Shown here: one piece after another, positions 18,197 through 31,068 of the stretch
How the letters are laid out: each line of letters starts with the position of its first letter
How positions within the stretch are numbered: position 1 is the stretch's first letter
Source: Candidatus Acidiferrales bacterium
Lineage (GTDB): Bacteria > Chloroflexota > Dormibacteria > Aeolococcales > Bog-877
Direction of reading: 5' to 3'
DNA length: 64,000 bases
NCBI GenBank assembly: GCA_035533655.1
Contig: DATLTJ010000031.1
Coordinates: 2,490-66,489, forward strand
Notes under the pieces: generated by a model
Told to the model about the DNA's origin: nothing
The model's input: the letters and a program-made list of their open reading frames with translations, nothing else
The model's database searches: none
Program-made: the position numbers and the translations under genes

Positions 18197-20674
18197 CTAC
18201 TCCTCCTCGAGGTCGCCGGGTGGGGCCACGCCGGCGATCGATCCCACCAGGTCCCCATCATCGAGGCGCATCAGGATCACTCCACGAGTCTGGCGGCTGG
18301 AGATCCTGACCCCTTCCAGGGGAATGCGGATGATCTGACCGCGGGTGCTGATCAGCATCAGCTCATCGGAGAGATCCTCAACGATCTTCATCCCCACGAT
18401 CTCCCCGACCTTGGAGATGGCGTGCTGGTCAAGGGTATACACCCCCTGGATGGCCCGGCTCTTGACCGGGTAATTGTCCACCGGGGTCAACTTTCCAAAG
18501 CCGTTCTGCGTGACCACCAGCACGTGGCTCTCCGGCCGCACGATGTCCGCGCCCGCTACCAGGTCATTCCCGCGCAACCGGACCGCGGTCACCCCCATGG
18601 TGTCTCGACCCATCGGGCGCACCTGCTTCTCGCTGAAACGCAGCGCCTTGCCTTGGCGGGTGACCAGCAGGATCTGGTCGCCGCCGGTGCTGATCCGCAC
18701 CCAGTTGAGCTCGTCGCCGTCGCTGAGGTTCATGGCGATCAGGCCATTGCGGCGCACCGAAGCGTAGGCCGCGGCGGGTGTTTTCTTAATGTGCCCCCGC
18801 AGCGTCACCATGACCATGTAGGTCTCGTCGGAGTAGGCGTCGACCGAAAGCATCGACGTCACCCGCTCCCCCTGGTCCAACTCCACCAGGTTGATCACCG
18901 CCGTGCCCTTAGCTTGGCGCGAGACGTCCGGTACCTCATGAGTGCGCAAGCGAAAAACCCTGCCCCTGTTGGTGAAAAAGAGCATGTCAGAGTGGGTCGA
19001 GGCCACCTGGAGATGCTCCACGTAGTCCTCCTCGCCAACACGCTTAGCGCCCATGACGCCCTTACCTCCGCGCTGCTGCTGGCGATAGTCGGTGGTCGGG
19101 GTGCGCTTGATGTATCCACGGTGGGTGAGCGTGACTACCACCTGCTCGCGGGGGATCAAATCCTCTTCGTTGAGCTCGATCTCGCCGTACGTGATCTCGG
19201 TCCGACGCTCGTCACCAAACTTCTTGCGCAGCCCCAGGATCTCCTCGCGCACGACTCCCATCAGCCGTTCCCGAGTCTCGAGGATCCCCTCCAAAGCTAC
19301 GATGCGCTCCATCAATTCCGCGTGTTCCGCCTCCAGCTTGTCGCGCTCCAGCCGGGTCAGCCGGCCCAGGCGCATGTCGACGATCGCCTTGCTCTGCCTG
19401 TCACTGAGGGAGAACCGCTCCTCCAGCTGCCGCTGCGCGGTGGCCTCGTCGGGAGCGGCCCGGATCAGCTTGATCACCTCGTCGAGGTTCTGGAGGCAGA
19501 TGCGCAACCCTTCGACAATGTGAGCCCGCTCCCGGGCGCGCTCCAGATCGTGACGGGTGCGCCGCTCGACCACGTTGCGGCGATACTCCAAGTAGTGATG
19601 CAGGATGTTGCGGAGCGAGAGTATCTGCGGCTGCCCGTCCACCAATGCCAGCAAGATGCAGGAGAACGTGGACTGCAGCTGGGTGTGCTTATAGAGGTTA
19701 TTGAGGACGGTGTAGGGGCGCGCATCACGCTTAAGTTCGATCACCAAGCGCGTGCCTTCGCGACGACCGGTCTCGTTGCGCAGGTCGGCGATCCCCTCCA
19801 GCTTGCGTTCGTTGACCAGCTCGGCGATGGTCTGCAACACGCGGCTGGGGTTCACCTGATACGGGAGCTCGGTGACGATGATCTGCTCGCGGCCGGCCTT
19901 CGACTCTTCAAAGATGACCCGGGCCCGTTGCACTACCCGGCCGTGACCAGTGCCGTAAACCTGGGGCAAATCACGGGCGTAGATGATGCCGCCGGTCGGA
20001 AAATCCGGCCCGGGGATCAGTTTCATCAGGTCCTCGGTGGTGCAGTCGGGGTTGTCGATCATGTGCACCAGGCCATTGCAGACCTCGGTCAGGTTGTGGG
20101 GAGGGATGCTGGTGGCCATGCCGACGGCGATACCCGATGCACCGTTGACCAGCAAGTTGGGCATGGCCGCTGGTAGGACCGCCGGTTCTTTCTTGGTGGC
20201 CGCGTAGTTGTCGACGAAATCGACCGTGTCTTTCTCGATGTCCGCCAGCATCTCGGCCGCGATCGGCGTCATCCGGGACTCGGTGTACCGATAGGCGGCC
20301 GCCGGGTCGCCCTCCGGCGAGCCGAAGTTTCCCTGACCGTCGACCAGCGGATAGCGCATGACCCAGGGCTGAGCCAGGCGAACCAGGGTGTCGTACACCG
20401 AAATATCACCGTGGGGGTGGTAGTTCTTGAGCACCTCCCCGACGATGGCGGCGCACTTCTGGTGACTGGCACCCGGGGTCATTCCCTGGTCCTGCATGGC
20501 GTAGAGAATTCGGCGCTGGACCGGCTTGAGCCCGTCGCGCACGTCGGGAAGCGCACGCGCGACGATCACACTCATGGCGTAGACCAGGTATGACTCGCGC
20601 ATCTCCGTTACGAGCTCTACCCCGCGCACCCCTCCGACCCGGCCGCTCCCGCCGCCCCCCTGGTCGATAGCCAC
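18197..20674 (-). CDS. gyrA: DNA gyrase subunit A.
   Basis: [29 protein letters not shown] and the full 825 aa GyrA architecture. GTG start at 20674. Confidence 0.95.
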   Translation of the reverse strand: MAIDQGGGGSGRVGGVRGVELVTEMRESYLVYAMSVIVARALPDVRDGLKPVQRRILYAMQDQGMTPGASHQKCAAIVGEVLKNYHPHGDISVYDTLVRLAQPWVMRYPLVDGQGNFGSPEGDPAAAYRYTESRMTPIAAEMLADIEKDTVDFVDNYAATKKEPAVLPAAMPNLLVNGASGIAVGMATSIPPHNLTEVCNGLVHMIDNPDCTTEDLMKLIPGPDFPTGGIIYARDLPQVYGTGHGRVVQRARVIFEESKAGREQIIVTELPYQVNPSRVLQTIAELVNERKLEGIADLRNETGRREGTRLVIELKRDARPYTVLNNLYKHTQLQSTFSCILLALVDGQPQILSLRNILHHYLEYRRNVVERRTRHDLERARERAHIVEGLRICLQNLDEVIKLIRAAPDEATAQRQLEERFSLSDRQSKAIVDMRLGRLTRLERDKLEAEHAELMERIVALEGILETRERLMGVVREEILGLRKKFGDERRTEITYGEIELNEEDLIPREQVVVTLTHRGYIKRTPTTDYRQQQRGGKGVMGAKRVGEEDYVEHLQVASTHSDMLFFTNRGRVFRLRTHEVPDVSRQAKGTAVINLVELDQGERVTSMLSVDAYSDETYMVMVTLRGHIKKTPAAAYASVRRNGLIAMNLSDGDELNWVRISTGGDQILLVTRQGKALRFSEKQVRPMGRDTMGVTAVRLRGNDLVAGADIVRPESHVLVVTQNGFGKLTPVDNYPVKSRAIQGVYTLDQHAISKVGEIVGMKIVEDLSDELMLISTRGQIIRIPLEGVRISSRQTRGVILMRLDDGDLVGSIAGVAPPGDLEEE

Positions 20675-20677
20675 GGC

Positions 20678-23793
<3,116 letters not shown>

Positions 23794-24098
23794 TCAGCCG
23801 GACGGAAGTCACACCCAATTTTAGCAGTCCGGAAGGCGTCTCCAGAGGGGCTGGACTCCCCCAATCTGAAGGTCGCTTGCACGTCCGGGGTCAATACGCG
23901 CTATCTTTCGCCATGTACGGCGGTCCGTCGCACCTGCGGTAGGGCCGGCTGGAAGCAGGCCTCGTGCTTGAGGCTTCGGCCTCAACCAAGGAGACCGACA
24001 CCACTAAGCCTGTTCCAGGCTAGTTCTCAACACACGGTTCGTCCGGAGGAAGTGGCGCCCTGACGCCCCCAACCCTGACCCTCCAGCACCTCCACCTG

Positions 24099-26747
24099 GT
24101 GGTGCCCGAGGCAACTGAAGCGATGTCGTTCCTCGAGGCCCTCAACGGCCACGCGAATGGTGGCGCCCGTGAGCACTTCGCAGCCCAGATCGGCGCCCTG
24201 GACGACTTCGCCGTCATCGCCGGCCTGGGAGACACTCCCGAGGTCACCCTCCTGCTGCCCGGCCTGGACGTCACCTGCACTCCACTGCGGCCCGCTCGGG
24301 CCAAGCGGGAGCGCACCGCGCTGCGGGTGGACAGCGTCCGGCCCGCCCCCGCCGAGCGGGACGATCTCGGCAACCGGGTGCTGCGGGTCAGCTGCCCCCG
24401 GCCGCTGGTGAGTGCCGAGGACGGCGCCACCAGCGACACCTTCCACCTGATGGACCTGGCTAAGCTGGCCCGGGGCTCCAAGGAGCCCGACCCCATCCTG
24501 CTCCAGACCCTGGCCCTGGTCGACGGCCTGGAGAGCGCCGAGCGCAACCGGGCCGCCACCCAGCGGACCCCCTTCGACGGGGCCGTCGAGATCTGGCGCT
24601 GCCGGAACTGCCGAGGCCTGTGGCGAGCCGACCGGGACGAGCGATGCCCCTCCTGCGGCAAGGAGTTCACCGACGAGGACCGGCGGCGGCCGGAACTGGG
24701 ACGCATCGAGTTCTCGGTCCCCAAGGAACACTCGATCACCATCGCGGTGGATTCGGCGGTGATGGTGGAGCCCGAGGACGAGCCCCACTACCTGGGTCGG
24801 GTCACCAAGGTCGACCACCGGCGTCGCCTGGTGGAGGTCGCCTGCAAGGCCTATGAGGCCGCCGGCAGCCAGGGCTGGATCACCCCCTCGTTCAACAAGC
24901 AGCTCTACGCCTCCAAGCGCAGCACGCTCGCCTCGATCGCCTCCGGAGACGCCCGCAGCCTCTTGCTGGCCCAGCTGCTCACCGACCCCTCGTCGGTCTA
25001 CGCGCCCGAGGTCGAACCCCGGAGCGACTGGCTGACCCCCGGGATGCACAGCAATCCGGCCCAGGATCGAGCGATCGGGATCATGGTCGCCTTGGATCCC
25101 GGCCAGGCCGCCCTCATCCAAGGGCCGCCCGGGACCGGTAAGACCACCGTCATCGTGGAGGCGATCAAACACCGGCTGGCGGAGCGACCGGGGCAACGGA
25201 TCCTGGTCTGCTCCCACAGCAACCTGGCGGTGGACAACGCTCTGGAGCGGCTGGCCGGCACCGAGAGACTGCGCGCGGTGCGGGTGGCCAAGGCGGAACG
25301 GGTCCATCCGGCGGTCGACGCCTTCCGGGTGGAGGACGAGGACGACGATCGGCTGATCTCGGCGAACGTCTTCTTCGCGACCTGCGCCACCGCCGCCACC
25401 TCCTCGATCACCAACGACGAGGCCTACGATATGGTGATCCTGGACGAGGCCAACAAGGCCCGCATCGACGAGGCGCTGCCCTGCCTGCGCCTGGGTGCCG
25501 CCGTGGTCTTGGTGGGCGATCACAAGCAGCTGCCTCCGGTGGAGGACGACGCCATTTACCAGATCGTGGAGGACCACCCCGACCTGGAGGAGATCGTCGA
25601 CACCAGCCTCTTTCAGCGGTGCTGGGAGAAGGGTGTTCCGGAACAGGCCCGCTGCCTGCTCGTAGAGCAGCACCGGATGCATTCGGAGATCTCCGGCTAC
25701 ATCAGCTCCGCCTCCTATGACAACCAGCTCGAAAATGCGCCCGAGGTTCTCGAATACCAGTACGTGACCAGGCGGCCGTTCCCGGTGGCCCTGCACATGG
25801 TCGACACCGCGGGGCTGCGCGGCGGACGCGAGCGACGCGGGGCTGGCGGCGCACTGCGCAACGATGCCGAGGTCAAGGTCTGTGCTCAGGTGGTCCGAAT
25901 CCTCGACGAACGGGCCGACCCGGAACTCTCCCTGGCAGTCATCGCCATGTACGCGGACCAGGTGGACCGACTGCGCCAGGCCCTCAGCCGGCGGCACTTC
26001 CGCCGCCAGGTGCGAATCGACACCGTCGACTCCTTCGAGGGCCGGGAAGAGGACATGGTGGTGATCTCGCTGGTTCGCAGCAATGAGCGGGGCCGGATCG
26101 GGTTCCTTCGGGTCCCCAACCGGCTCAATGTGGCCATCTCCCGGGCCCGTCGCCTGGTGGTGTGCGTGGGCGACGCCGCAACCCTGCGGGCCGGCGAGGA
26201 GACCATGTACGGCCGCTTGGTGGAGGCGGCCCGCTTCTGCGGGGGCTATCTGATGGCGACCGATCTCCTGGGCGGCCGCGCTACCGCCCGGCCGAGGCCG
26301 GTTCGCCGAGGTGTCGCCGGACCCCTAGGCGCGCCCCAGGAAGGTGATCCCAACGCTCCGAAGCGGAACCGGCGCCGCCGCCGGCGGCGCCCCGCGGCCA
26401 TCCCCGGGCAGACCCCCATCGCCACCCACGCCCCCCCGGCCACTCCTGCCTCGGGCGAGGTGGTCGACCCGGCCAATCGGCCCGCCCGGAGGCGCCGCCA
26501 CCGGCACCGCTCGCGCGGCGGCTGGACCGGCGCCCCAGTGGTGGTGGGTCCCGATGGAGCCCCCGCCACGCCTCCTCCCGCCGGAACGCCAAGACCTCCC
26601 GGCGAGGGCGCTCGGGGGCGGCGCAACCGCCACCGCCGCCGTGGACCGCGGCCCCTCGGCGACCAGGCTCTAGGAGCCCCGGCAGCTCCGAGCGGCGGGC
26701 CGCCCCCGCCTAGCGACAGCGGGGGCGGGGGCCCGGCCCCAGAATGA
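24099..26747 (+). CDS. Superfamily-1B Upf1/DNA2-like helicase with an ~300 aa N-terminal Zn-ribbon domain and an Arg-rich C-terminal tail.
   Basis: Walker A GPPGTGKTT, DEAN(K) Walker B, motifs VLVGDHKQLPPV and HRMHSEIS, and arginine-finger region VAISRARRLVVCVGD. N-terminal CRNCRGLW..CPSCGKEF. The last ~150 aa are R/P/G-rich. Confidence 0.75.
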   Translation: MVPEATEAMSFLEALNGHANGGAREHFAAQIGALDDFAVIAGLGDTPEVTLLLPGLDVTCTPLRPARAKRERTALRVDSVRPAPAERDDLGNRVLRVSCPRPLVSAEDGATSDTFHLMDLAKLARGSKEPDPILLQTLALVDGLESAERNRAATQRTPFDGAVEIWRCRNCRGLWRADRDERCPSCGKEFTDEDRRRPELGRIEFSVPKEHSITIAVDSAVMVEPEDEPHYLGRVTKVDHRRRLVEVACKAYEAAGSQGWITPSFNKQLYASKRSTLASIASGDARSLLLAQLLTDPSSVYAPEVEPRSDWLTPGMHSNPAQDRAIGIMVALDPGQAALIQGPPGTGKTTVIVEAIKHRLAERPGQRILVCSHSNLAVDNALERLAGTERLRAVRVAKAERVHPAVDAFRVEDEDDDRLISANVFFATCATAATSSITNDEAYDMVILDEANKARIDEALPCLRLGAAVVLVGDHKQLPPVEDDAIYQIVEDHPDLEEIVDTSLFQRCWEKGVPEQARCLLVEQHRMHSEISGYISSASYDNQLENAPEVLEYQYVTRRPFPVALHMVDTAGLRGGRERRGAGGALRNDAEVKVCAQVVRILDERADPELSLAVIAMYADQVDRLRQALSRRHFRRQVRIDTVDSFEGREEDMVVISLVRSNERGRIGFLRVPNRLNVAISRARRLVVCVGDAATLRAGEETMYGRLVEAARFCGGYLMATDLLGGRATARPRPVRRGVAGPLGAPQEGDPNAPKRNRRRRRRRPAAIPGQTPIATHAPPATPASGEVVDPANRPARRRRHRHRSRGGWTGAPVVVGPDGAPATPPPAGTPRPPGEGARGRRNRHRRRGPRPLGDQALGAPAAPSGGPPPPSDSGGGGPAPE

Positions 26748-27622
26748 CCCTCCCTCAGCACCTCCAACTGTTCGTGGTGGGAGCTGGCCTGATGGGCTCG
26801 GGAATTGCTCAGACGGCGGCCCAGAGCGGATTCGATGTGCAGCTCTTCGACTCCCGGTCAAAGGCGGCGGCCAGCGGCCGGGACCAGATCGCCGATCGAC
26901 TACGGCGCGCCGGGGCGGCCGGACGGCTGCCAGCCGAGAAGGCTGACGCGGCGCTAGCGCGCCTGGTCGTGGCGGACGAGTTGGGGACCGCCCAGCTCGC
27001 CGACGTCATCATCGAGGCGATTACCGAGGAGTTGGAGGCCAAGCTCGGCCTCTGGCGCGAATTGGACGGGATCTGCCGGGAAGCGACCCTGTTCGTCAGC
27101 AACACCTCCTCCATCCCCATCACTAGGCTCGCCGCGGCGACCAATCGCCCCGACCAATTCATGGGAATGCACTTCTACAGCCCAGTCCCGGTGATGAAAC
27201 TAGTGGAGTTGATCCGGGGAGCGCTCACCTCCGATGACACCTTCGCCCGCATCGAGGCGCTCTCCCGCCGGTTGGGCAAGACACCGGTGAGCTCCGCCGA
27301 CACCCCGGGATTCATCGGGAATCGGATTCTCATCCCCTTTATCAACGAGGCGATCCGGGCGCTCCAGGAAGGAGTCGGCAGTGCGGCCGACATCGACGAG
27401 GTCGCCAAGCTCGGCTTCCGTCATCCGATGGGGCCGTTGGAGCTGGCCGACTTCATCGGCCTCGACGTAATCCGGGGCATCTGCCGGGTGATGTACGAGG
27501 GCCTGCACGACCCGCGCTACGCGCCCAACCCTCTGCTGGAGCGGTTGGTGGAGGCGGGTCAGCTGGGCCGCAAGACGGGGCGGGGTTTCCACTCGTACGA
27601 CAGTCCGCCCGGCAAGACCTGA
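26744..27622 (+). CDS. hbd: 3-hydroxyacyl-CoA / 3-hydroxybutyryl-CoA dehydrogenase.
   Basis: NAD-binding VVGAGLMGSGIA, then the catalytic region SNTSSIP and FIGNRILIP. ATGA overlap with the helicase. Confidence 0.85.
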   Translation: MTLPQHLQLFVVGAGLMGSGIAQTAAQSGFDVQLFDSRSKAAASGRDQIADRLRRAGAAGRLPAEKADAALARLVVADELGTAQLADVIIEAITEELEAKLGLWRELDGICREATLFVSNTSSIPITRLAAATNRPDQFMGMHFYSPVPVMKLVELIRGALTSDDTFARIEALSRRLGKTPVSSADTPGFIGNRILIPFINEAIRALQEGVGSAADIDEVAKLGFRHPMGPLELADFIGLDVIRGICRVMYEGLHDPRYAPNPLLERLVEAGQLGRKTGRGFHSYDSPPGKT

Positions 27623-27871
27623 CCGCGTCCCGGGCCTGCTGATAATCACCTCTTTACCGCAGTCGATAATTGGTCGGTCGGCGCTCGACACCCCAACTGC
27701 GTCACGGCGGGGCTGGGATGCTCGCCACCGATGAGCGCGGGTGATCCTCCGCCCAGGTACACGCCGATGGTCTCGGCGGACGATGCGCAGCGGATCCATC
27801 AGTGGCACGACGCAGCCTAGGCGGCCGGGCGGGCTGAAGGCAGTTCTCCGCTGAGTTTTTCCGATCTCGGC

Positions 27872-28440
27872 ATGACCCTCCTGGTACCACCTGAAGTGAT
27901 GCCGATCAGCGGCGTGTCCTATGTGCTGGGGGAGGCCGTCTTAGCCGAGGTTCGCACCAGCGACCGGGTGCTAGACATGGGCGCCGGGTGTGGAGTGAAC
28001 TCCATCCTGGCAGCGTCCAAGGGCGCAGCTGTGGTTGCGGTCGACATAAATCCCCTCGCCGTCGAGGCGGCCCGCGCAAATGCTGAGCGCAACCGGGTCC
28101 GGATCGGGGTTCGTCTGAGCGACGGGTTCAGCGCTGTCCACGGCCGGTGCGACCTGATCATTTTCGATCCGCCGTTCCGCTAGTTCGCCCCCCCGAGACC
28201 TGCTCGAGGCGGCGATGACCGACCAGAATTATCACAGCCTCACCACGTTCTTTCGCCATGCCCGAGAGCACTTAGCGGAGTCCGGCAGGATGCTGACCTG
28301 CTTCGGCAGCTCGGGCGATCTGCCGTACCCCCACCACTCCTCGAAGAGGAGCACTTCGCCTGTGAGGTGGTTGCCCAAGCTGACCGCATCAAGGATGGCT
28401 GGCGGGTCGAGTACTTCACTTTCCGGGTAACCAAGTAGCC
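27872..28440 (+). pseudogene. Small-domain SAM-dependent methyltransferase (Mj0882/HemK-like 'MTase small'), disrupted.
   Basis: Motif I VLDMGAGCGVNSI and motif IV DLIIFDPPF, followed immediately by TAG. The remainder (DLLEAAMTDQNYHSLTTFFRHAREHLAESGRMLTCFGSSGDL, then EEEHFACEVVAQADRIKDGWRVEYFTFRVTK) continues in two other frames. Both shifts fall at poly-C runs (C7 at 28188-28194; C5 near 28333). Confidence 0.55.
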
Positions 28441-28517
28441 CAGCCGGGAAGGCTAGCCGGGGCACCTCGTGACCTCGCTGGGGGGCGCGGGATCGCCAAG
28501 GGATGAGCGTTAGCCCA

Positions 28518-29594
28518 CTAGCGGGACATCGTCTCCGCCAGATAGCGGACCGAGATCGGATAGCGGTACTCGATCCCCAAATGCCCACCGTCGAAGAGCT
28601 CCAGCCGAAGGTTGGTCACGCCGTGTTCCCGCATGGTTGCGGCCACCGCCCCCGCGCACACTTCGAGATGCCATTCGTCACTCTGGCCACCTTCCAAGTA
28701 AACGCCGTTTAGGGAGCGGGCCGCGTCAGGATGAGAAGCGATCAATCGGACCGGGTCCAGCTCGAGCCAGCGCTGCCAGACCTCGGGCCGGATGATGCCC
28801 GTGGCCTCGTCGAAGGGCAGCTGGGGCGTGCCGTCGGCGGCCGCCGAGTAACACGCCGCCATGCACCACAACTCGACCAACACTCGGTCCTGGGGTCGGG
28901 AGAGGGCAGGTCGGGTAGGGAAGTCGGCCCAGAAGCTGGCGTACGACCCCTGGTAGTGGTCGCGGAGCTGTCGGACCACCTCGGGAAACTCCGGCAGGTA
29001 GCAGTACTCGAACAGAGCGTCGCCAGCATGGCTGGCCAGGGACCCAAAGAGATCGGGACGGGTCAGCGCGCTGACCAGGGCTCCGTATCCCCCACTCGAC
29101 TTGCCGGCAACGGCACGGTGATCCCGGTCGGCCAAGGTGCGAAAGGTGGCATCCACGGCTGGAACCACTTCTTCGCAGAGGTAGCTGTGATACTGACCGG
29201 TGCCCGGCGAGTCGAGGAACTGGCTGCCCCCGAGCCTGGTCCAGCAGTCGGCGAAGACCAGCAGACAGGGCGGAGCGGTTGGGTCGCTGAAGAGCTGATC
29301 GAAAAGCTCAATCGGGGTTCGCCGGAACCCCGATCGAGACTTCCACATGTCGAGCTGGCCCGACATGCCCTGGAGCAGGTAGATGACCGGTAGCCTCCGC
29401 TCTGGTTGCTCTTGGTAGGCGGGGGGAAGGTAGACCCAGAGTGGGCGGTCGGCGGGATCGCCCAGCACGTTGCCGTGGAGCAGACGGCTGTGGAGGACCA
29501 TCTCGACCAACTGTCCTTGTCTCGGCCAGGCCCACGGCCCTCCCGGCGCTGGGGCAACCTCGAGGAGGCCGCCCGGTCCTTCGGTGTTGGTCAT
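28518..29594 (-). CDS. Alpha/beta-hydrolase esterase (putative esterase / enterochelin-esterase-like family).
   Basis: GKSSGGYGAL nucleophile elbow and a C-terminal D/H region (DEWHLE). The ATG at 29594 was chosen over the Arg-rich upstream extension. Confidence 0.7.
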   Translation of the reverse strand: MTNTEGPGGLLEVAPAPGGPWAWPRQGQLVEMVLHSRLLHGNVLGDPADRPLWVYLPPAYQEQPERRLPVIYLLQGMSGQLDMWKSRSGFRRTPIELFDQLFSDPTAPPCLLVFADCWTRLGGSQFLDSPGTGQYHSYLCEEVVPAVDATFRTLADRDHRAVAGKSSGGYGALVSALTRPDLFGSLASHAGDALFEYCYLPEFPEVVRQLRDHYQGSYASFWADFPTRPALSRPQDRVLVELWCMAACYSAAADGTPQLPFDEATGIIRPEVWQRWLELDPVRLIASHPDAARSLNGVYLEGGQSDEWHLEVCAGAVAATMREHGVTNLRLELFDGGHLGIEYRYPISVRYLAETMSR

Positions 29595-29655
29595 GGCTTG
29601 CTCTCTGTGACAGGGTGCTGGCACGGGTGGGCGGGAGAACTTCGAGGATAACCAA

Positions 29656-30318
29656 TCAGAGCAGCGGGTTGGACAGGCTACCGGGCGCGTTCGCCTCTCC
29701 ACCATCGCCGAGCAAAGGGACGAAGCGGCACTCGCCCAGATCCTGGCGAGTCCAGCCCGGGTCCTCTCGCAAAAGGCACCAGAGTCGCTCGTCCTGGGGG
29801 CCGATCAGAGGCGCGATCAGCTTGCCGTGAAGCTCCACCTGGTCCAACAGGACGGGGGGAATACTCCGGGTGGCGGCGGAGACAACCACGGCGTCGAACG
29901 GCCCCGACTCCGGCGCACCTCGGCGGCCGTCGCCGACCTGAACCCGGACTCCGGACACCCCGGCTCGGTTGAGGTTGCGCCGGGCCTGGCTCGCCAGCTG
30001 CGGGAGAAGCTCGACCGCCACGACCCGGCCGGCCCCAGCGGCCCTCAGGAGCGCCGCCAGGTAACCGCTGCCGGCGCCGACCTCCAGCACCGAGGCACCC
30101 GGGCGCAGCTCGAGCGCCTGCACCACCACCGCCACGATCCAGGGTTGCGAGCAGGTCTGCCCCAGGCCGATGGCCAGCGGTCGATTCTCATAGGCGCGCG
30201 CTCTTTGGTCGGGAGGGAGGAACGTTTCCCGGGGAACCCTACCCATGGCCGCCAGGGTGGCCGCCCCGATCCCCTTTTCGCGCAGGGAGGCCACCAGCTC
30301 CAGCCGGGTGGGATTCAG
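29656..30318 (-). CDS. pcm: Protein-L-isoaspartate O-methyltransferase.
   Basis: VPRETFLP, IGLGQTCSQPWIV and SAM motif VLEVGAGSGY, with Pcm-like length. The conserved N-terminus (LNPTRLELVASLREKGI) begins at a CTG that overlaps the upstream stop (CTGA). The nearest canonical start is the GTG at 30294. Confidence 0.75.
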   Translation of the reverse strand: MNPTRLELVASLREKGIGAATLAAMGRVPRETFLPPDQRARAYENRPLAIGLGQTCSQPWIVAVVVQALELRPGASVLEVGAGSGYLAALLRAAGAGRVVAVELLPQLASQARRNLNRAGVSGVRVQVGDGRRGAPESGPFDAVVVSAATRSIPPVLLDQVELHGKLIAPLIGPQDERLWCLLREDPGWTRQDLGECRFVPLLGDGGEANAPGSLSNPLL

Positions 30319-31058
30319 CTCTGGTTCAGGATCTGAATGCAGTGGTCGACATCCTGGGAGTAGAGGGGACTGGGCAGCCGGGCCGGGATGGCGCCCTTGC
30401 CGACAGGCAGGTAGAACCCCTGCGCTGTCGGCTTCACAAACTCCGAGTCCACCAAGGCGATCTTCACCGAGGTGTTGACCGGCGGGAAGACCGCCACCAT
30501 CCACACCTCGGCTCCCGGGTTCACGTCGGCGGAGCAGACATCCAGGCGGTTGCTGGAGATGACCACGATGGGGCGGATCGGCTGATAGTAGGTCTTCTGG
30601 ATGGAGGTGTGGATCCCCTTGGGGTCCAGCTGCGAGGTTTCCCGGGACTCCAGCACGGTCTGGGTCAGGTCGACCGCGGTCGTGGAGGCGCCCGGGTTGG
30701 TCGCCGTGACCACCACCTCAAGGAGCGGCCCCAACCCAGTGAGGGACTTGGCGTCCTGGGCCTCCGACCCCGACAGCAGCGGCAGGACATCGCCGAGCTG
30801 AACCTGGCGAAGGTAGTAGAAGTGGAGGTAGGTCGGATCGGTGTAGAAGCCACCGTCGGGGGAGCTGGTCACCAGGGCGCTGTCCAGGGCATGGGCGTGC
30901 TGGCTGATCGGCAGGCCGCTTCCCAGAGCCGCCACCGCCTGGGTGGCGCTGGGATTGGACGCGCAGCCTGCCAGGAGCACAAGCCCAGCTAGGGCCCCGC
31001 TGAGGGCCGCCCGACGACGGCAGGGGAAACTCAGCCGAGAGCGTAGGCCGGTGGGCAA
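30315..31058 (-). CDS. Secreted lipoprotein, hypothetical.
   Basis: Signal peptide with lipobox LVLLAGC|AS. The mature part has ordinary composition. Confidence 0.6.
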   Translation of the reverse strand: MPTGLRSRLSFPCRRRAALSGALAGLVLLAGCASNPSATQAVAALGSGLPISQHAHALDSALVTSSPDGGFYTDPTYLHFYYLRQVQLGDVLPLLSGSEAQDAKSLTGLGPLLEVVVTATNPGASTTAVDLTQTVLESRETSQLDPKGIHTSIQKTYYQPIRPIVVISSNRLDVCSADVNPGAEVWMVAVFPPVNTSVKIALVDSEFVKPTAQGFYLPVGKGAIPARLPSPLYSQDVDHCIQILNQS

Positions 31059-31068
31059 GTCTGGTGCC

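Noticed and set aside
23990-24060. GGTTCGTCC T-loop-like motif in the gyrB-helicase spacer, considered as a tRNA.
   Set aside because: No complementary T-stem, acceptor stem or anticodon arm can be built around it.
24027-25997. 656-aa ORF antisense to the helicase gene. Similar long antisense ORFs occur at 2140-3378, 5557-6801, 18422-20176, 31509-33293, 46318-47559, 47640-48914, 55295-57160 and 62676-63950.
   Set aside because: Each lies opposite a strongly conserved gene. The translations are Arg/Pro/Gly/Ala-rich with no motifs. They are the expected stop-poor reverse frames of a ~70% GC genome.
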